DNA from: an uncultured Planctomycetales bacterium
Lineage (GTDB): Bacteria; Omnitrophota; Gorgyraeia; Gygaellales; Profunditerraquicolaceae
Length of the DNA: 31,030 nt
Direction: 5' to 3'
Assembly (NCBI GenBank): GCA_964572435.1
Contig: CAZNGC010000001.1
Coordinates: 1-31,030, forward strand
Within the stretch, counting starts at the first letter, position 1; each line of letters opens with the position of its first letter. Of this stretch, positions 16,114 to 25,476 are shown one piece after another. A program made the translations under genes and the position numbers. Below the pieces are notes generated by a model that saw only the letters and a list, made by a program, of their open reading frames with translations, made no database searches and was not told the DNA's origin.

Positions 16114-16316
16114 TATTTGTACACCTCGATACAACAATCCGGACAGATCAACGCGCACCGCATGCATCCGACGCAGCCGGCGCCCATGGCGAACTCTACA
16201 AAATTCAAGCCCTGTTTATTCAACTTCGTACTTTTCCTGATCAGGCCTTTTGGGCAAAAACCCACGCACAAAAGGCAACCCTTGCATTTATCTTTATCGA
16301 TTTTTATTTCAGCCAT
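16113..16316 (-). CDS. 2x[4Fe-4S] ferredoxin-like delta subunit
   Basis: CKGCLLCVGFCP and CVGCMRCALICP motifs. Confidence 0.92.
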   Translation of the reverse strand: MAEIKIDKDKCKGCLLCVGFCPKGLIRKSTKLNKQGLNFVEFAMGAGCVGCMRCALICPDCCIEVYK

Positions 16317-18174
16317 TGTCCTTTAAAAAATGCCGTATGCTTCCTGCCACCCCTGAAGCTGAAAGGCCGTATTTCTCCAAAAGCAACTCTCTCGGCCCAT
16401 GAGGGATAAATTCGAACGGCAGCCCCATACGCACAACCGGCCTGCCCAATTCCTGGGCGACAGCGCTGCCGAATCCGGACTCTTTTATCCCTTCCTCCAT
16501 GGTAAACACGTATTTTGTCTTTGCGCAAACGTTTTTTATCAACTCCATATCTATTGGCACGGCGAACCTGGCATTGACCAGGCTGCCGGAGAAACCTTCT
16601 TTCTTCAATAACCCAATTGCCTCCTGGGCGACAGAAACCATGCTCCCCAGGGCGACAACCGCAAAGTCTGCTCCATCCGCAATTAATTCAGCCCGGCCAA
16701 AAACCAGAGGACGCGGGGCATCTGCGGCTAATAAAGTGTTTGCCCGTGGATACCTGACAGCCACGGGTTTATCCAGGGAGACAGCCAGTTCCAGCATCTG
16801 TTGGAATTCCCGGCCGTCTTTAGGCGCCATCACCGTCAATCCCGGGATACTTCTTAAATAGGCTATATCGAATAACCCCTGGTGGGTAACCCCGTCCTCT
16901 CCGACTATCCCAGCCCGGTCTATGGCCAAGATTACCGGAAGCCCCTGTAAAGACACCTCCTGGATTATCTGGTCGTATGCCCGCTGCAAGAACGTTGAAT
17001 ATACGGCAACTACCGGTTTGAACCCCTGCCTGGCAAGGCCCGCCGCGAAACATACCGCGTGCGCTTCGGCAATTCCGACATCAAAAAACCTGTCCGGGAA
17101 GATATCCCTGAAACTGTTCAACCCGGTGCCCTCGGGCATAGCCGCGGTTACCGCCAGGATCTTGTTATCATTACGCGCCAGTTCCACTATTTTATCACGA
17201 AAAATCTCCGTGTAGCTTTTTAATTCCGGGGAAGGCTTCCTGGGCAATGCCTCACCGGTATTTATATTAAAACAATTGACCCCGTGGAACCTCACCGGAT
17301 CATTCTCCGCGAAAGAACAACCTTTCCCTTTCTTGGTAACTACATGCAGAAGGCGCGGCCCTTTGATGTTAATCACGTTTTTAAGAGTACTGGTAAGGGC
17401 ATTCAGGTCGTGCCCATCGATAGGCCCGAAATAACGGAAACCCAATTCTTCAAAGAGCATCCCCGGGACAAATAATCCCTTCAACCCCTCTTCAAATCTT
17501 GAAATAAGTTTTATCAGGCGGCTGCCGCGCGGGACGCGGGTGGAGAGGAAATTTACCAGATTGTCGTGGAAACGGTTGTAGACCGGAAGGGAAATTATCT
17601 TATTCAGGTAATTGCTGATAGCCCCGACGTTGGGGGCAATGCTCAACTCGTTGGTATTTAAAACAACCAGGATATCTTTCTTCAGGTGCCCGGTATTATT
17701 AAGCCCCTCAAAACACAGGCCGCCGCTTAACGAACCGTCTCCGATCACGCAGGCTACCTTGAAATATTCCTCTTTCGGCAGGTAATCTCTGGCGCAGGCA
17801 AGCCCTAAAGCCAAAGAAACGGCATTGGAGCTATGGCCCGTGGTAAACGGGTCATAAACCGATTCGTCTTTGGAAGGAAACCCGCTTAATCCGCCATATT
17901 GCCTTAAAGTTGAGAATTCTCCGGCGCGGCCGGTGAGTATCTTATGCGCATAAGCCTGATGGCCGACATCGAAAATGATCTTGTCTTTCGGTGTATCCAG
18001 GCAATAATGCAGGGCAATAATCAAATCTACCGCTCCAAGGCTGGAGGCAAGATGGCCCCCGGTGCGGGAAACCGCCTCTATCATCATGGAGCGGACCTCG
18101 GCAGCCAGGGAAACAAGCTCGCCCTGGTTTAGTTTTTTTAAATCCTGAGACGAATTAATTTTATCTAACAACAT
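16309..18174 (-). CDS. dxs: 1-deoxy-D-xylulose-5-phosphate synthase
   Basis: GGHLASSLG, FDVGHQAY, GHSS, GDGSLSGG..N, GIAEAHAV, YSTFLQRAYDQ, DGVTHQG. Confidence 0.97.
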   Translation of the reverse strand: MLLDKINSSQDLKKLNQGELVSLAAEVRSMMIEAVSRTGGHLASSLGAVDLIIALHYCLDTPKDKIIFDVGHQAYAHKILTGRAGEFSTLRQYGGLSGFPSKDESVYDPFTTGHSSNAVSLALGLACARDYLPKEEYFKVACVIGDGSLSGGLCFEGLNNTGHLKKDILVVLNTNELSIAPNVGAISNYLNKIISLPVYNRFHDNLVNFLSTRVPRGSRLIKLISRFEEGLKGLFVPGMLFEELGFRYFGPIDGHDLNALTSTLKNVINIKGPRLLHVVTKKGKGCSFAENDPVRFHGVNCFNINTGEALPRKPSPELKSYTEIFRDKIVELARNDNKILAVTAAMPEGTGLNSFRDIFPDRFFDVGIAEAHAVCFAAGLARQGFKPVVAVYSTFLQRAYDQIIQEVSLQGLPVILAIDRAGIVGEDGVTHQGLFDIAYLRSIPGLTVMAPKDGREFQQMLELAVSLDKPVAVRYPRANTLLAADAPRPLVFGRAELIADGADFAVVALGSMVSVAQEAIGLLKKEGFSGSLVNARFAVPIDMELIKNVCAKTKYVFTMEEGIKESGFGSAVAQELGRPVVRMGLPFEFIPHGPRELLLEKYGLSASGVAGSIRHFLKDNG

Positions 18175-18175
18175 A

Positions 18176-18418
18176 TCATTTTTCCTGCGGCTGGCCCTCC
18201 CCGGAGAAATTCTCGAGAGAGAACTTTCCGTCTTTCTTCATCAGCAATTCAACCCTGCGCTGGGCATCGGACAAGGTCTCCGCGCAGGACTGCGCGATCT
18301 TTACGCCTTCTTCGTACCGTTTAAGCGAATCCCCGAGCGTAAGCTTGCCGCTGGAGAGGTCTTCCACAATCTTCTGTAACTTTTTTAAATCCTCTTCAAA
18401 CGCCGATTTTTCCTTCAT
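18176..18418 (-). CDS. xseB: Exodeoxyribonuclease VII small subunit
   Basis: FEEDLKKLQKIVEDL..LGDSLKRYEEG..AQRRVELL. Confidence 0.93.
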   Translation of the reverse strand: MKEKSAFEEDLKKLQKIVEDLSSGKLTLGDSLKRYEEGVKIAQSCAETLSDAQRRVELLMKKDGKFSLENFSGEGQPQEK

Positions 18419-19619
18419 CGTTATATACCTCCTGGACTAAACTTGTAAAAGACCCCCGATGCAAGATCGTCTTCAAACGGTCTCCCTGTTTTAACTGCGC
18501 GGAGCTTTTAAGTATCTCTTCCGAGGGCGCGAGCATGCTCAAGCTGTAACCGCGCGACAAGACCGATAACGGGCTGAGCGAATCCAGTCTTTGGATCAAC
18601 GAGCTGCTGCGTTCCCCGGCCAATTCCAGGCAATGACGCATATTATAATGCAGGCCTGAAGACAACTCGTCAAGGAGTTGCTGCTTTTCCTGCAGGCGGT
18701 CAGCCGGGCTCTTCAACATATGCGTAAGAGCAACAAGCCTGCTTTTCAGCTCTCCAATAATATCGTTTAATGAAAAATCCAGTTGATGCCTGAAACCGGC
18801 CAGCTGCATAATCAAGGAATTTTTTTTATCCACGATGATCTTTGCCGCCGCCGAAGGGGTCTCCACGAAGACATCGGCAGTCAAATCCGAAAGGGTAACG
18901 TTGATCTGATGGCCTACCGCCGAGATAACCGGTATCCCCGAATTGTAAATCGCCCGGGCTACCGCCTCTTCGTTGAAAGCCCAAAGATCCTCGCTGCTGC
19001 CGCCTCCACGGCTGACGATAATCAGATCGACGCAACCGAAGGAATTCAGTTCCTCCACCGCCTGGGAGATCTCTCCTGCCGCATGTTCCCCCTGCACCCT
19101 AACCGAACGGATAACCACGTCCACGAAAGGCGCTCCTTTTTGCAGGATTTGCAGGATATCACGGATAGCCGCTCCGCTTCCGGAAGTAACTATCCCCACC
19201 GAAAAAGGCATTGCGGGCAGCGGTTTCTTATGAATCGGGTCAAACAACCCTTCCTGAGCAAGCTTTTTCTTAAGCTGTTCAAAGGCCAACTGCTGGCTGC
19301 CGATCCCTTTGGGTTCTATCCTTTCAACGATAATCTTGTATTGCCCGCTTGGGCCGTATACATCGACCCTCCCAAAACAGATAACTTTCAATCCGTCCTC
19401 GAGCCTGAATTTCAGGCCCTTGTTGGCATAAGCGAACATCGCCGCCCAGATTAAGGCATTCTGGTCTTTCAACGAAAAATAAAAATGCCCGCTGGAAGCG
19501 GACTTGAAATTGGAAATTTCCCCTTCGACCCAAACCTCCCCGATATTTTCCTCGAGCAGGCCCTTTATCGCCTGGGTTATCTCCGATACGCTATAAATAT
19601 GGTCATTTTTCTTCTGCAT
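18396..19619 (-). CDS. xseA: Exodeoxyribonuclease VII large subunit
   Basis: VWVEGEISN..SGHFYFSLKD, SRGGGSSEDLWAFNEE, ISAVGHQ, LSRGYS. Confidence 0.96.
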   Translation of the reverse strand: MQKKNDHIYSVSEITQAIKGLLEENIGEVWVEGEISNFKSASSGHFYFSLKDQNALIWAAMFAYANKGLKFRLEDGLKVICFGRVDVYGPSGQYKIIVERIEPKGIGSQQLAFEQLKKKLAQEGLFDPIHKKPLPAMPFSVGIVTSGSGAAIRDILQILQKGAPFVDVVIRSVRVQGEHAAGEISQAVEELNSFGCVDLIIVSRGGGSSEDLWAFNEEAVARAIYNSGIPVISAVGHQINVTLSDLTADVFVETPSAAAKIIVDKKNSLIMQLAGFRHQLDFSLNDIIGELKSRLVALTHMLKSPADRLQEKQQLLDELSSGLHYNMRHCLELAGERSSSLIQRLDSLSPLSVLSRGYSLSMLAPSEEILKSSAQLKQGDRLKTILHRGSFTSLVQEVYNDEGKIGV

Positions 19620-21366
19620 TCTTTACTGCCTCTGCGGTAACTCCCGCGGTTCCCGCTTTCTCCGCGGCGGGCTGGGGTAATGGTTTCTTCTTCAAAACCA
19701 AAAGCTGGACAGAATAAGGAGATGCCTCTATTTCTTCGGTATAGCCCTGGGACAGATCCACCTCTTTCTCTCCCTTAGCCTCAAAACGGCAATCCCCGCT
19801 GCAGCTTCCATCGATCAAATAACTGCTTAATAAGAATGCCTCTTTTGCCCCTTTAAGCGAGAGCTTGATTTTACGATTGGATGAGGCGAATTTCTTTGCC
19901 GAGCCGTTTATTTCTATGGCGCGGCTAAATATGTCTTTCGCGTTCGCGCTCAAGCGCAAGGCGGAAAGATCCGTACCCCCGGAGATAATCTTGTCGATAC
20001 GATCGCTCTTTACGATATTTAAAACATCTTTTCTGTCCGCTTCATTCAAATGAACGATGTTCGCCGACAGATAATTCATCGCCGCAGCCGGATCGATGTA
20101 ATTATAAATGAGTATTGCGAAATTATCCTGGGACCTTGTAGCAATCAACCCCGCGAACTCATCATTTAGCTTGGCTGGAAGCAATTCGCCCCCCAGGCAT
20201 CCGAGCATGCGCATAGCGTTATATCCGGCCTTTGCATAACCTTTTGCCCCGGAGCGTTCGGCATCGAAATAGAATAATCCGAGGTTCCTGGACACTTTTT
20301 CCTTATTACCGGCAAAATCCTCCAGGCAAAAATATGTCTGATAGTCCACCCCGGACTCTTGCATATTCTTTATCCGTGCCGGGATGTAGCTGGCCGCAAC
20401 ATAAGCGTTTCTTCCGCGCTGAGGAGAGATATTCGAAGAAATATCGAAATTCCATTCATCAATAACCATGGGGATGGTATCTTGAAAATTAAAATAGCTC
20501 AACCATTCGCGGATAAGCTTGATTAGCGGTTTTTTGTAAATAGTCTCCCGTTTTTCAAGGGCGGGGTCGGAAGAATAGGCATGCCATGATATAAAATCAA
20601 GCGGCAGCTTATGATTGGAGCAGTATTTGATTAATTCGTAAATAAGGCTGCGCTCGGGGAAAAGGATATTGTTATTCGGACCGATATTGGCGAACCAGGA
20701 GCTGGTTGAAGGCCCGCCCAGAGGGATATTTATCTTAAATTCCTGGCGTAATTCTTTTACGGCTTCAGCGATAATCCTGTATAAATTGAAATACTCCGCT
20801 TTTTCACCCAGGAAAAAATCTTCCAGGTCCGGCGCGTTCCAAACTTCATACCAGATGTTATATTTCTTCTCACAGCTCAGTTTTCGTATAGTATCCTTGA
20901 CTAACTCCTTGTAAGCCTCCAGATTATGCACGGAGCTGTTCTTGTCAAGCACCTTGCCTAGCCCCGAAGGAGTCCCGAACAAATCGAGAATAACCACTCC
21001 TCCGCTATCGCTTATTTTTTTAATGATTTCTTCATAGTTTTGCAGGAGTTTGTTCTGGGCGGCTTCATCCTTGGACAACTGGAAGACCTCCCAAAGATTA
21101 TATTGAAGGCGGTAAAACCCGCCAAAACCCAGATCCTTCTGCCAGATCTCAAGCACGTCTTTGGCGGCCAATGCCTGCGGCCAGGAAATATCGCTGTGGG
21201 CGCCCCTGCCGCTTAGATCGGCGCCTGTCCTGTATATCCTGGGAAGTGGCACCGCTGGAGATGATAAGTCCAGGTTCACTTCTATCTCGTCGGTGACCTG
21301 GGCAAAACAAATACTGCACCCAAAAACCAGAAGTAGCACTGAAGATATTATAGCCCGATGAAACAT
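19603..21366 (-). CDS. Secreted GH39-like (clan GH-A) protein; acid/base Glu replaced by Ala
   Basis: Signal peptide; WYEVWNAPD (canonical WNEP), LGGPS, LDFISWHAY, VIDEWN (nucleophile-like E304). Confidence 0.78.
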   Translation of the reverse strand: MFHRAIISSVLLLVFGCSICFAQVTDEIEVNLDLSSPAVPLPRIYRTGADLSGRGAHSDISWPQALAAKDVLEIWQKDLGFGGFYRLQYNLWEVFQLSKDEAAQNKLLQNYEEIIKKISDSGGVVILDLFGTPSGLGKVLDKNSSVHNLEAYKELVKDTIRKLSCEKKYNIWYEVWNAPDLEDFFLGEKAEYFNLYRIIAEAVKELRQEFKINIPLGGPSTSSWFANIGPNNNILFPERSLIYELIKYCSNHKLPLDFISWHAYSSDPALEKRETIYKKPLIKLIREWLSYFNFQDTIPMVIDEWNFDISSNISPQRGRNAYVAASYIPARIKNMQESGVDYQTYFCLEDFAGNKEKVSRNLGLFYFDAERSGAKGYAKAGYNAMRMLGCLGGELLPAKLNDEFAGLIATRSQDNFAILIYNYIDPAAAMNYLSANIVHLNEADRKDVLNIVKSDRIDKIISGGTDLSALRLSANAKDIFSRAIEINGSAKKFASSNRKIKLSLKGAKEAFLLSSYLIDGSCSGDCRFEAKGEKEVDLSQGYTEEIEASPYSVQLLVLKKKPLPQPAAEKAGTAGVTAEAVKNAEEK

Positions 21367-21387
21367 ATTCGGCCTGCCTTTGATCCT

Positions 21388-22167
21388 TTACAGTTTCTCC
21401 TGCACCCTCGCGATCGAAACCGCTTTCCCGGTACCCTCATCCACTTCCACGAGAACCCCGTGTAATTGGATATTGGTGTCGGCGACTTCGAATTTCACGG
21501 GAATGGAGCTCAAAAAACGGGTAAGCACGTCTTCCACCCTTCTGCCGATAACTGAATCATAAGGACCGGTCATCCCCGCGTCCGTTATATAGGCGGTCCC
21601 CTTGGGAAGAATTTTCTCGTCGGCGGTTTGAATATGCGTATGCGTGCCTAAAACGGCGGAAACCTTTCCATCCAGATACCAGCCTAACGCTACTTTCTCG
21701 GAAGTGGCTTCCGCATGCACATCCAGCACAATGACTTTAGTTTCCCTGGATAATTCCTCCGCGGCTTTTAACGCGGACCTAAAAGGACATTCGAGGGCTT
21801 CCATAAAAACCCTCCCGTTCACGTTAATTACCCCGACCTTCCGCCCATTCCTTGATTTGAACACCGCGGAACCGCGGCCGGGAGCCCCGGAAGGAAAATT
21901 CAGCGGCCTAAGGATCCTTTCTTCGCGGACAATCAACTCGAATATCTCGCTCTTCTTCCATATATGGTCTCCGGAAGTAATCACATCCACCCCGGAAGCG
22001 AACAGGTCTTCGGCGACCTTGGAAGTAATCCCGCTTCCTCCGGAGGCATTCTCGGCGTTAGCGATCACGAAATCCACACCGTGATCCTGCCTGAACGGAG
22101 CGACCAGCTTTCTGATCGCCTCTCTCCCCGGACTGCCGACTATATCCCCAATAAAAAGTATTTTCAT
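21388..22167 (-). CDS. ymdB: TIGR00282/YmdB family metallophosphoesterase
   Basis: LFIGDIVG, NAENASGG, TSGDH, DVHAEATSEK, GTHTHIQTAD, TDAGMTGP. Confidence 0.95.
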   Translation of the reverse strand: MKILFIGDIVGSPGREAIRKLVAPFRQDHGVDFVIANAENASGGSGITSKVAEDLFASGVDVITSGDHIWKKSEIFELIVREERILRPLNFPSGAPGRGSAVFKSRNGRKVGVINVNGRVFMEALECPFRSALKAAEELSRETKVIVLDVHAEATSEKVALGWYLDGKVSAVLGTHTHIQTADEKILPKGTAYITDAGMTGPYDSVIGRRVEDVLTRFLSSIPVKFEVADTNIQLHGVLVEVDEGTGKAVSIARVQEKL

Positions 22168-23723
22168 TATTTAGCGTATTCGATAGCCCGCATCTCGCGG
22201 ATTACCGTCACCTTGATCTGCCCGGGATACTCCATCCCCTCCTCGATCTTCTTGCGGATATCCCTGGCCATGGTTACCGTGTCATTATCGTTTATCTTCT
22301 CCGGCTGGACGATCACGCGGATCTCCCTGCCGGCCTGGATGGCAAAAGATTTCTCTACGCCTTTAAAAAGGTTGGCGATCGATTCAAGCTTATCCAGGCG
22401 TTTGATGTATGTTTCCAGGGTCTCACGCCTGGCCCCGGGCCTGGCAGCGCTGACCGCGTCCGCGGCTATCGCCAGGACCGCGTATAGACTTTGCGGGGCG
22501 GCTTCTTCATGATGAGATTCGATCGCCGCGACCACCTCGGCGGATTCGTTATACTTCTTCGCCAGATCAGCGCCTAATTTGGCATGTGTACCCTCAACCT
22601 GATGGTCTACCGCCTTGCCGATGTCGTGCAGGAGGCCGATCCTGCGGCCTAATTTAAAATCAAGCCCGAGCTCCGAAGCCATTATTCCCAGCAAAAAAGA
22701 AACTTCCTTGGAATGCTGCAAAGCGTTTTGCCCATAGCTGGTACGGTATTTAAGCCTCCCCAGAAGCTTGATTATCTCTGGATGCAAACCGTTAACCCCG
22801 GCCTCAAAAGCCGCCCTTTCCCCTTCCTCGCGTATCTTTTCGTCCATCTCTTTTTTGGTCTTTTCGACGATTTCCTCGATACGTCCGGGGTGTATCCTCC
22901 CGTCGGAAATAAGTTTCTCCAGGCTTAAGCGCGCGATTTCCCTGCGCACCGCGTCAAACCCGGACAAAGTAACCGCCTCGGGGGTATCATCTATGATAAC
23001 ATCAACTCCGGTTGCCATTTCCAGGGCGCGGATATTTCTCCCCTCCCTGCCGATAACCCTGCCCTTCATTTCATCATTGGGCAAAGTTACCACGCTGACG
23101 GTCGATTCTACCGTATGTTCCGCCGCGCAGCGCTGGATAGCCAGGCTGATAACTTCACGGGCCTTTTTATCCGCGATAACGCGTATCTCTTCTTCCTGGC
23201 GCCTGATAAAAACCGCTTTCTCGTTATTCAATTCCTCGTTCAGGCGGCCGAGTAGAATTTGTTTAGCCTCTTCGGCTGAAAGAGAAGCGATCTTCTGCAG
23301 CCTTTCTTTTTCTTCAGCCACCAAAGCATGCAGCTGGCTGTCTTTCGACCTTAAAACCTCTTCCTGTTTCTTGAGATTATCGTTGCGGGCGTCAATTTCT
23401 TTTTCTTTTTTCTCCAGAAGATCGAGCCGGCGGTCGATATTTTCTTCTTTCTGGCCCAGTCTTTTCTCGAGATTGACTATCTCCTGCTTGCGGTCTTTGG
23501 TCTCCTGTTCAAAATCCTGCCGCATACGGTGCAGAAGATCCTTCGCCTCAAGCTCCGCCTCCCTGCGCTTATCCAGTACTTCTTTATTGGCTACCTCCAG
23601 GATATGCTCGGCCTCTGCCTCCGCGTTCTTCAACTTCTTTCCTGCCAAATGCTTACGTAAAGAATAACCGGCATATGCGGCGGCTAAAGCAATTATTAAC
23701 GTTATTGCTATATTGAGAATCAT
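22167..23723 (-). CDS. rny: Ribonuclease Y
   Basis: N-terminal TM, coiled coil, KH domain ([15 protein letters not shown]), HD domain (LLHDIGKA). GGAGG spacing favours ATG 23723 over 23729. Confidence 0.97.
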   Translation of the reverse strand: MILNIAITLIIALAAAYAGYSLRKHLAGKKLKNAEAEAEHILEVANKEVLDKRREAELEAKDLLHRMRQDFEQETKDRKQEIVNLEKRLGQKEENIDRRLDLLEKKEKEIDARNDNLKKQEEVLRSKDSQLHALVAEEKERLQKIASLSAEEAKQILLGRLNEELNNEKAVFIRRQEEEIRVIADKKAREVISLAIQRCAAEHTVESTVSVVTLPNDEMKGRVIGREGRNIRALEMATGVDVIIDDTPEAVTLSGFDAVRREIARLSLEKLISDGRIHPGRIEEIVEKTKKEMDEKIREEGERAAFEAGVNGLHPEIIKLLGRLKYRTSYGQNALQHSKEVSFLLGIMASELGLDFKLGRRIGLLHDIGKAVDHQVEGTHAKLGADLAKKYNESAEVVAAIESHHEEAAPQSLYAVLAIAADAVSAARPGARRETLETYIKRLDKLESIANLFKGVEKSFAIQAGREIRVIVQPEKINDNDTVTMARDIRKKIEEGMEYPGQIKVTVIREMRAIEYAK

Positions 23724-23770
23724 TTCCATCCTCCCTGTTTATCTTGCTTGTCGGGCTGCTTACAGGAAAC

Positions 23771-24316
23771 TTAGGAAAAGATAACCTGCTTGACGTTTAC
23801 GTCGTATTTGGTGGTAGGGATGAGCGGAAGAATCTGGAAATCAAAAGCCAGGCCTATGGAAGGCGTATTTCTGGGAAGCTTACTCAAGAAACGGTCATAG
23901 CAACCTTTGCCGCGGCCCAGACGGTTACCGTCCTTATCAAACGCCAGGCCTGGGACAACAACCAAATCCAAGTCTTCCGGTCTTATCAAATCTTCGGATA
24001 CCGGCTCTAAAACACCGTAAGGCCCCTTTTTAAGCTTGGAGTGATCTTCAAATATAGCGGGCTGCATGGTTTCTCTATTTTTCCTGGAAACTGGAACGCA
24101 TATAAGCTTGCCTATCTTTTTGGCTTTCTTAATCATCTCTTCTGTATTCACTTCTCCACCAAAGGCGACGTAAAACATCACTATCTTCGCCTTTTTAAAA
24201 ACCTTATTCCTTAAAAGTTTAGCCTGAATAACCCTACTTTTTCGGTTTCGGTCTTCCTCCTTCTGATTTTTTAACGCTGAAAGCATTTTACTACGTATAG
24301 AGGTCTTTGTCAACAT
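23771..24316 (-). CDS. ygfA: 5-formyltetrahydrofolate cyclo-ligase
   Basis: GEVNT, LEP, DLVVVPGLAFDKDGNRLGRGKGCYDRFL. Confidence 0.95.
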   Translation of the reverse strand: MLTKTSIRSKMLSALKNQKEEDRNRKSRVIQAKLLRNKVFKKAKIVMFYVAFGGEVNTEEMIKKAKKIGKLICVPVSRKNRETMQPAIFEDHSKLKKGPYGVLEPVSEDLIRPEDLDLVVVPGLAFDKDGNRLGRGKGCYDRFLSKLPRNTPSIGLAFDFQILPLIPTTKYDVNVKQVIFS

Positions 24317-24324
24317 AACCGGCC

Positions 24325-24762
24325 TTATAAACAGGTTTCCCCTTCGTGGGTATGCCCTTTGTCTTCAAAAGGAACAGGCTTCCCCTGTTTCTTGTAATAA
24401 TCTTTCAAGGCAGAGCGTAACGCCTCTTCGGCAAGAACCGAACAATGCATCTTCTTCGGAGGCAGGCCGCCCAGGGCTTCGGCAACTGCGCTATTGGTTA
24501 TAGCCAGGGCTTCGGCAATAGTCTTGCCTTTGACCATTTCAGTAACCATAGAACTGGTAGCTACCGCCGCTCCGCAGCCAAAGGTTTTGAATTTGATATC
24601 TACGATCACTCCGTTTTCAATCTTAAGATACATTTTCATCACATCGCCGCAAACAGGATTGCCGACAGTACCTACACCGCTGGCATCCACTATCTCTCCG
24701 ACGTTGCGCGGATGCGTGAAATGATCCATGACCTTCTCGCTGTAAGGAAGCTGCTCTGCCAT
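24325..24762 (-). CDS. nifU: Fe-S cluster assembly scaffold NifU/IscU-like
   Basis: YSEKVMDHF..PRNVG, GNPVCGD, FGCGAAVA, KMHCS. Confidence 0.95.
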   Translation of the reverse strand: MAEQLPYSEKVMDHFTHPRNVGEIVDASGVGTVGNPVCGDVMKMYLKIENGVIVDIKFKTFGCGAAVATSSMVTEMVKGKTIAEALAITNSAVAEALGGLPPKKMHCSVLAEEALRSALKDYYKKQGKPVPFEDKGHTHEGETCL

Positions 24763-24764
24763 AT

Positions 24765-25415
24765 CTATCCCGCAATTAATTTATGAGGTTTTAAAGTCTT
24801 CTGATAATCTCTCTCTTTAATGACCTGTTTAATCTTGTGGGGATTTTTATCTTTTTCCAGTTCCTTATAAATCAAAACCCACACGCAATCCTTGTCCCTG
24901 TCTATCTCGCATTTACCTTTATCCACCCCTCCGCACGGTCCGTTCAACATGCCTTTGGGACAGAGGGTAACCGGGCATATCCCCCCGGTCTGGGCTAAAA
25001 TACATTCGGCGCACAACGAGCATTTCTCGTAGAAATTACCCCGCGCGTCGGTCACTGCTTCAAAGATCGTATCGTTGGCGGGGATAACGGCCTGTCCGAA
25101 ACGGTTATTATCTTTAACCGACTGTGCCCCCAGGCCGCAAGCCATAACCAAGACAGCATCGCTTTCGCGCAGGGAGCTTAAATTCCTGGCGAATCCGGTT
25201 TTAAGATGAGCGGCGTTGCAGGCGGTCTCGGGAATACACATCCCTGCGATCTTCTTGCCTTCGCCTTCCAGAACGCTTTTCATCTTATCCAGTTCGGCCT
25301 GGCCGCCGCTCTTGCAGACTGTGGCGCACTCTCCGCAGCCCACTATGAATATTTTACCGTAACCTTCGAGGCTGGCTAACAGTTCTTTTAACGGTTTCTG
25401 CCGGCTGATTACCAT
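24765..25415 (-). CDS. Methylenetetrahydrofolate reductase C-terminal domain protein (MetV-like, Cys-rich)
   Basis: GCGECATVC..GG, ACGLGAQ, CSLCAECIL..GICPVTLCPKGMLNGPCGG..GKCE..CVW. Confidence 0.88.
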   Translation of the reverse strand: MVISRQKPLKELLASLEGYGKIFIVGCGECATVCKSGGQAELDKMKSVLEGEGKKIAGMCIPETACNAAHLKTGFARNLSSLRESDAVLVMACGLGAQSVKDNNRFGQAVIPANDTIFEAVTDARGNFYEKCSLCAECILAQTGGICPVTLCPKGMLNGPCGGVDKGKCEIDRDKDCVWVLIYKELEKDKNPHKIKQVIKERDYQKTLKPHKLIAG

Positions 25416-25422
25416 AATAAAA

Positions 25423-25451
25423 ATTTTAACACACTATGGCCGCTACCTCAA
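25423..25451 (-). promoter_or_regulatory. sigma70-type promoter, probably leaderless, for the metV-like/nifU/ygfA run
   Basis: TTGAGG-17 nt-TAAAAT with extended TG; the ATG lies 7 nt after the -10, with no SD. Confidence 0.6.
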
Positions 25452-25476
25452 GATAGATTTTCTCGCGGGGAGCGCC

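Noticed and set aside
18783-19454. 223-aa plus-strand ORF (similarly 4294..4899, 9933..10484, 21964..22512, 26764..27333)
   Set aside because: These lie antisense to well-supported genes and have no domain signal.
22768-23667. 299-aa plus-strand ORF
   Set aside because: Ser/Arg-rich antisense shadow of the Glu/Lys-rich rny coiled coil.
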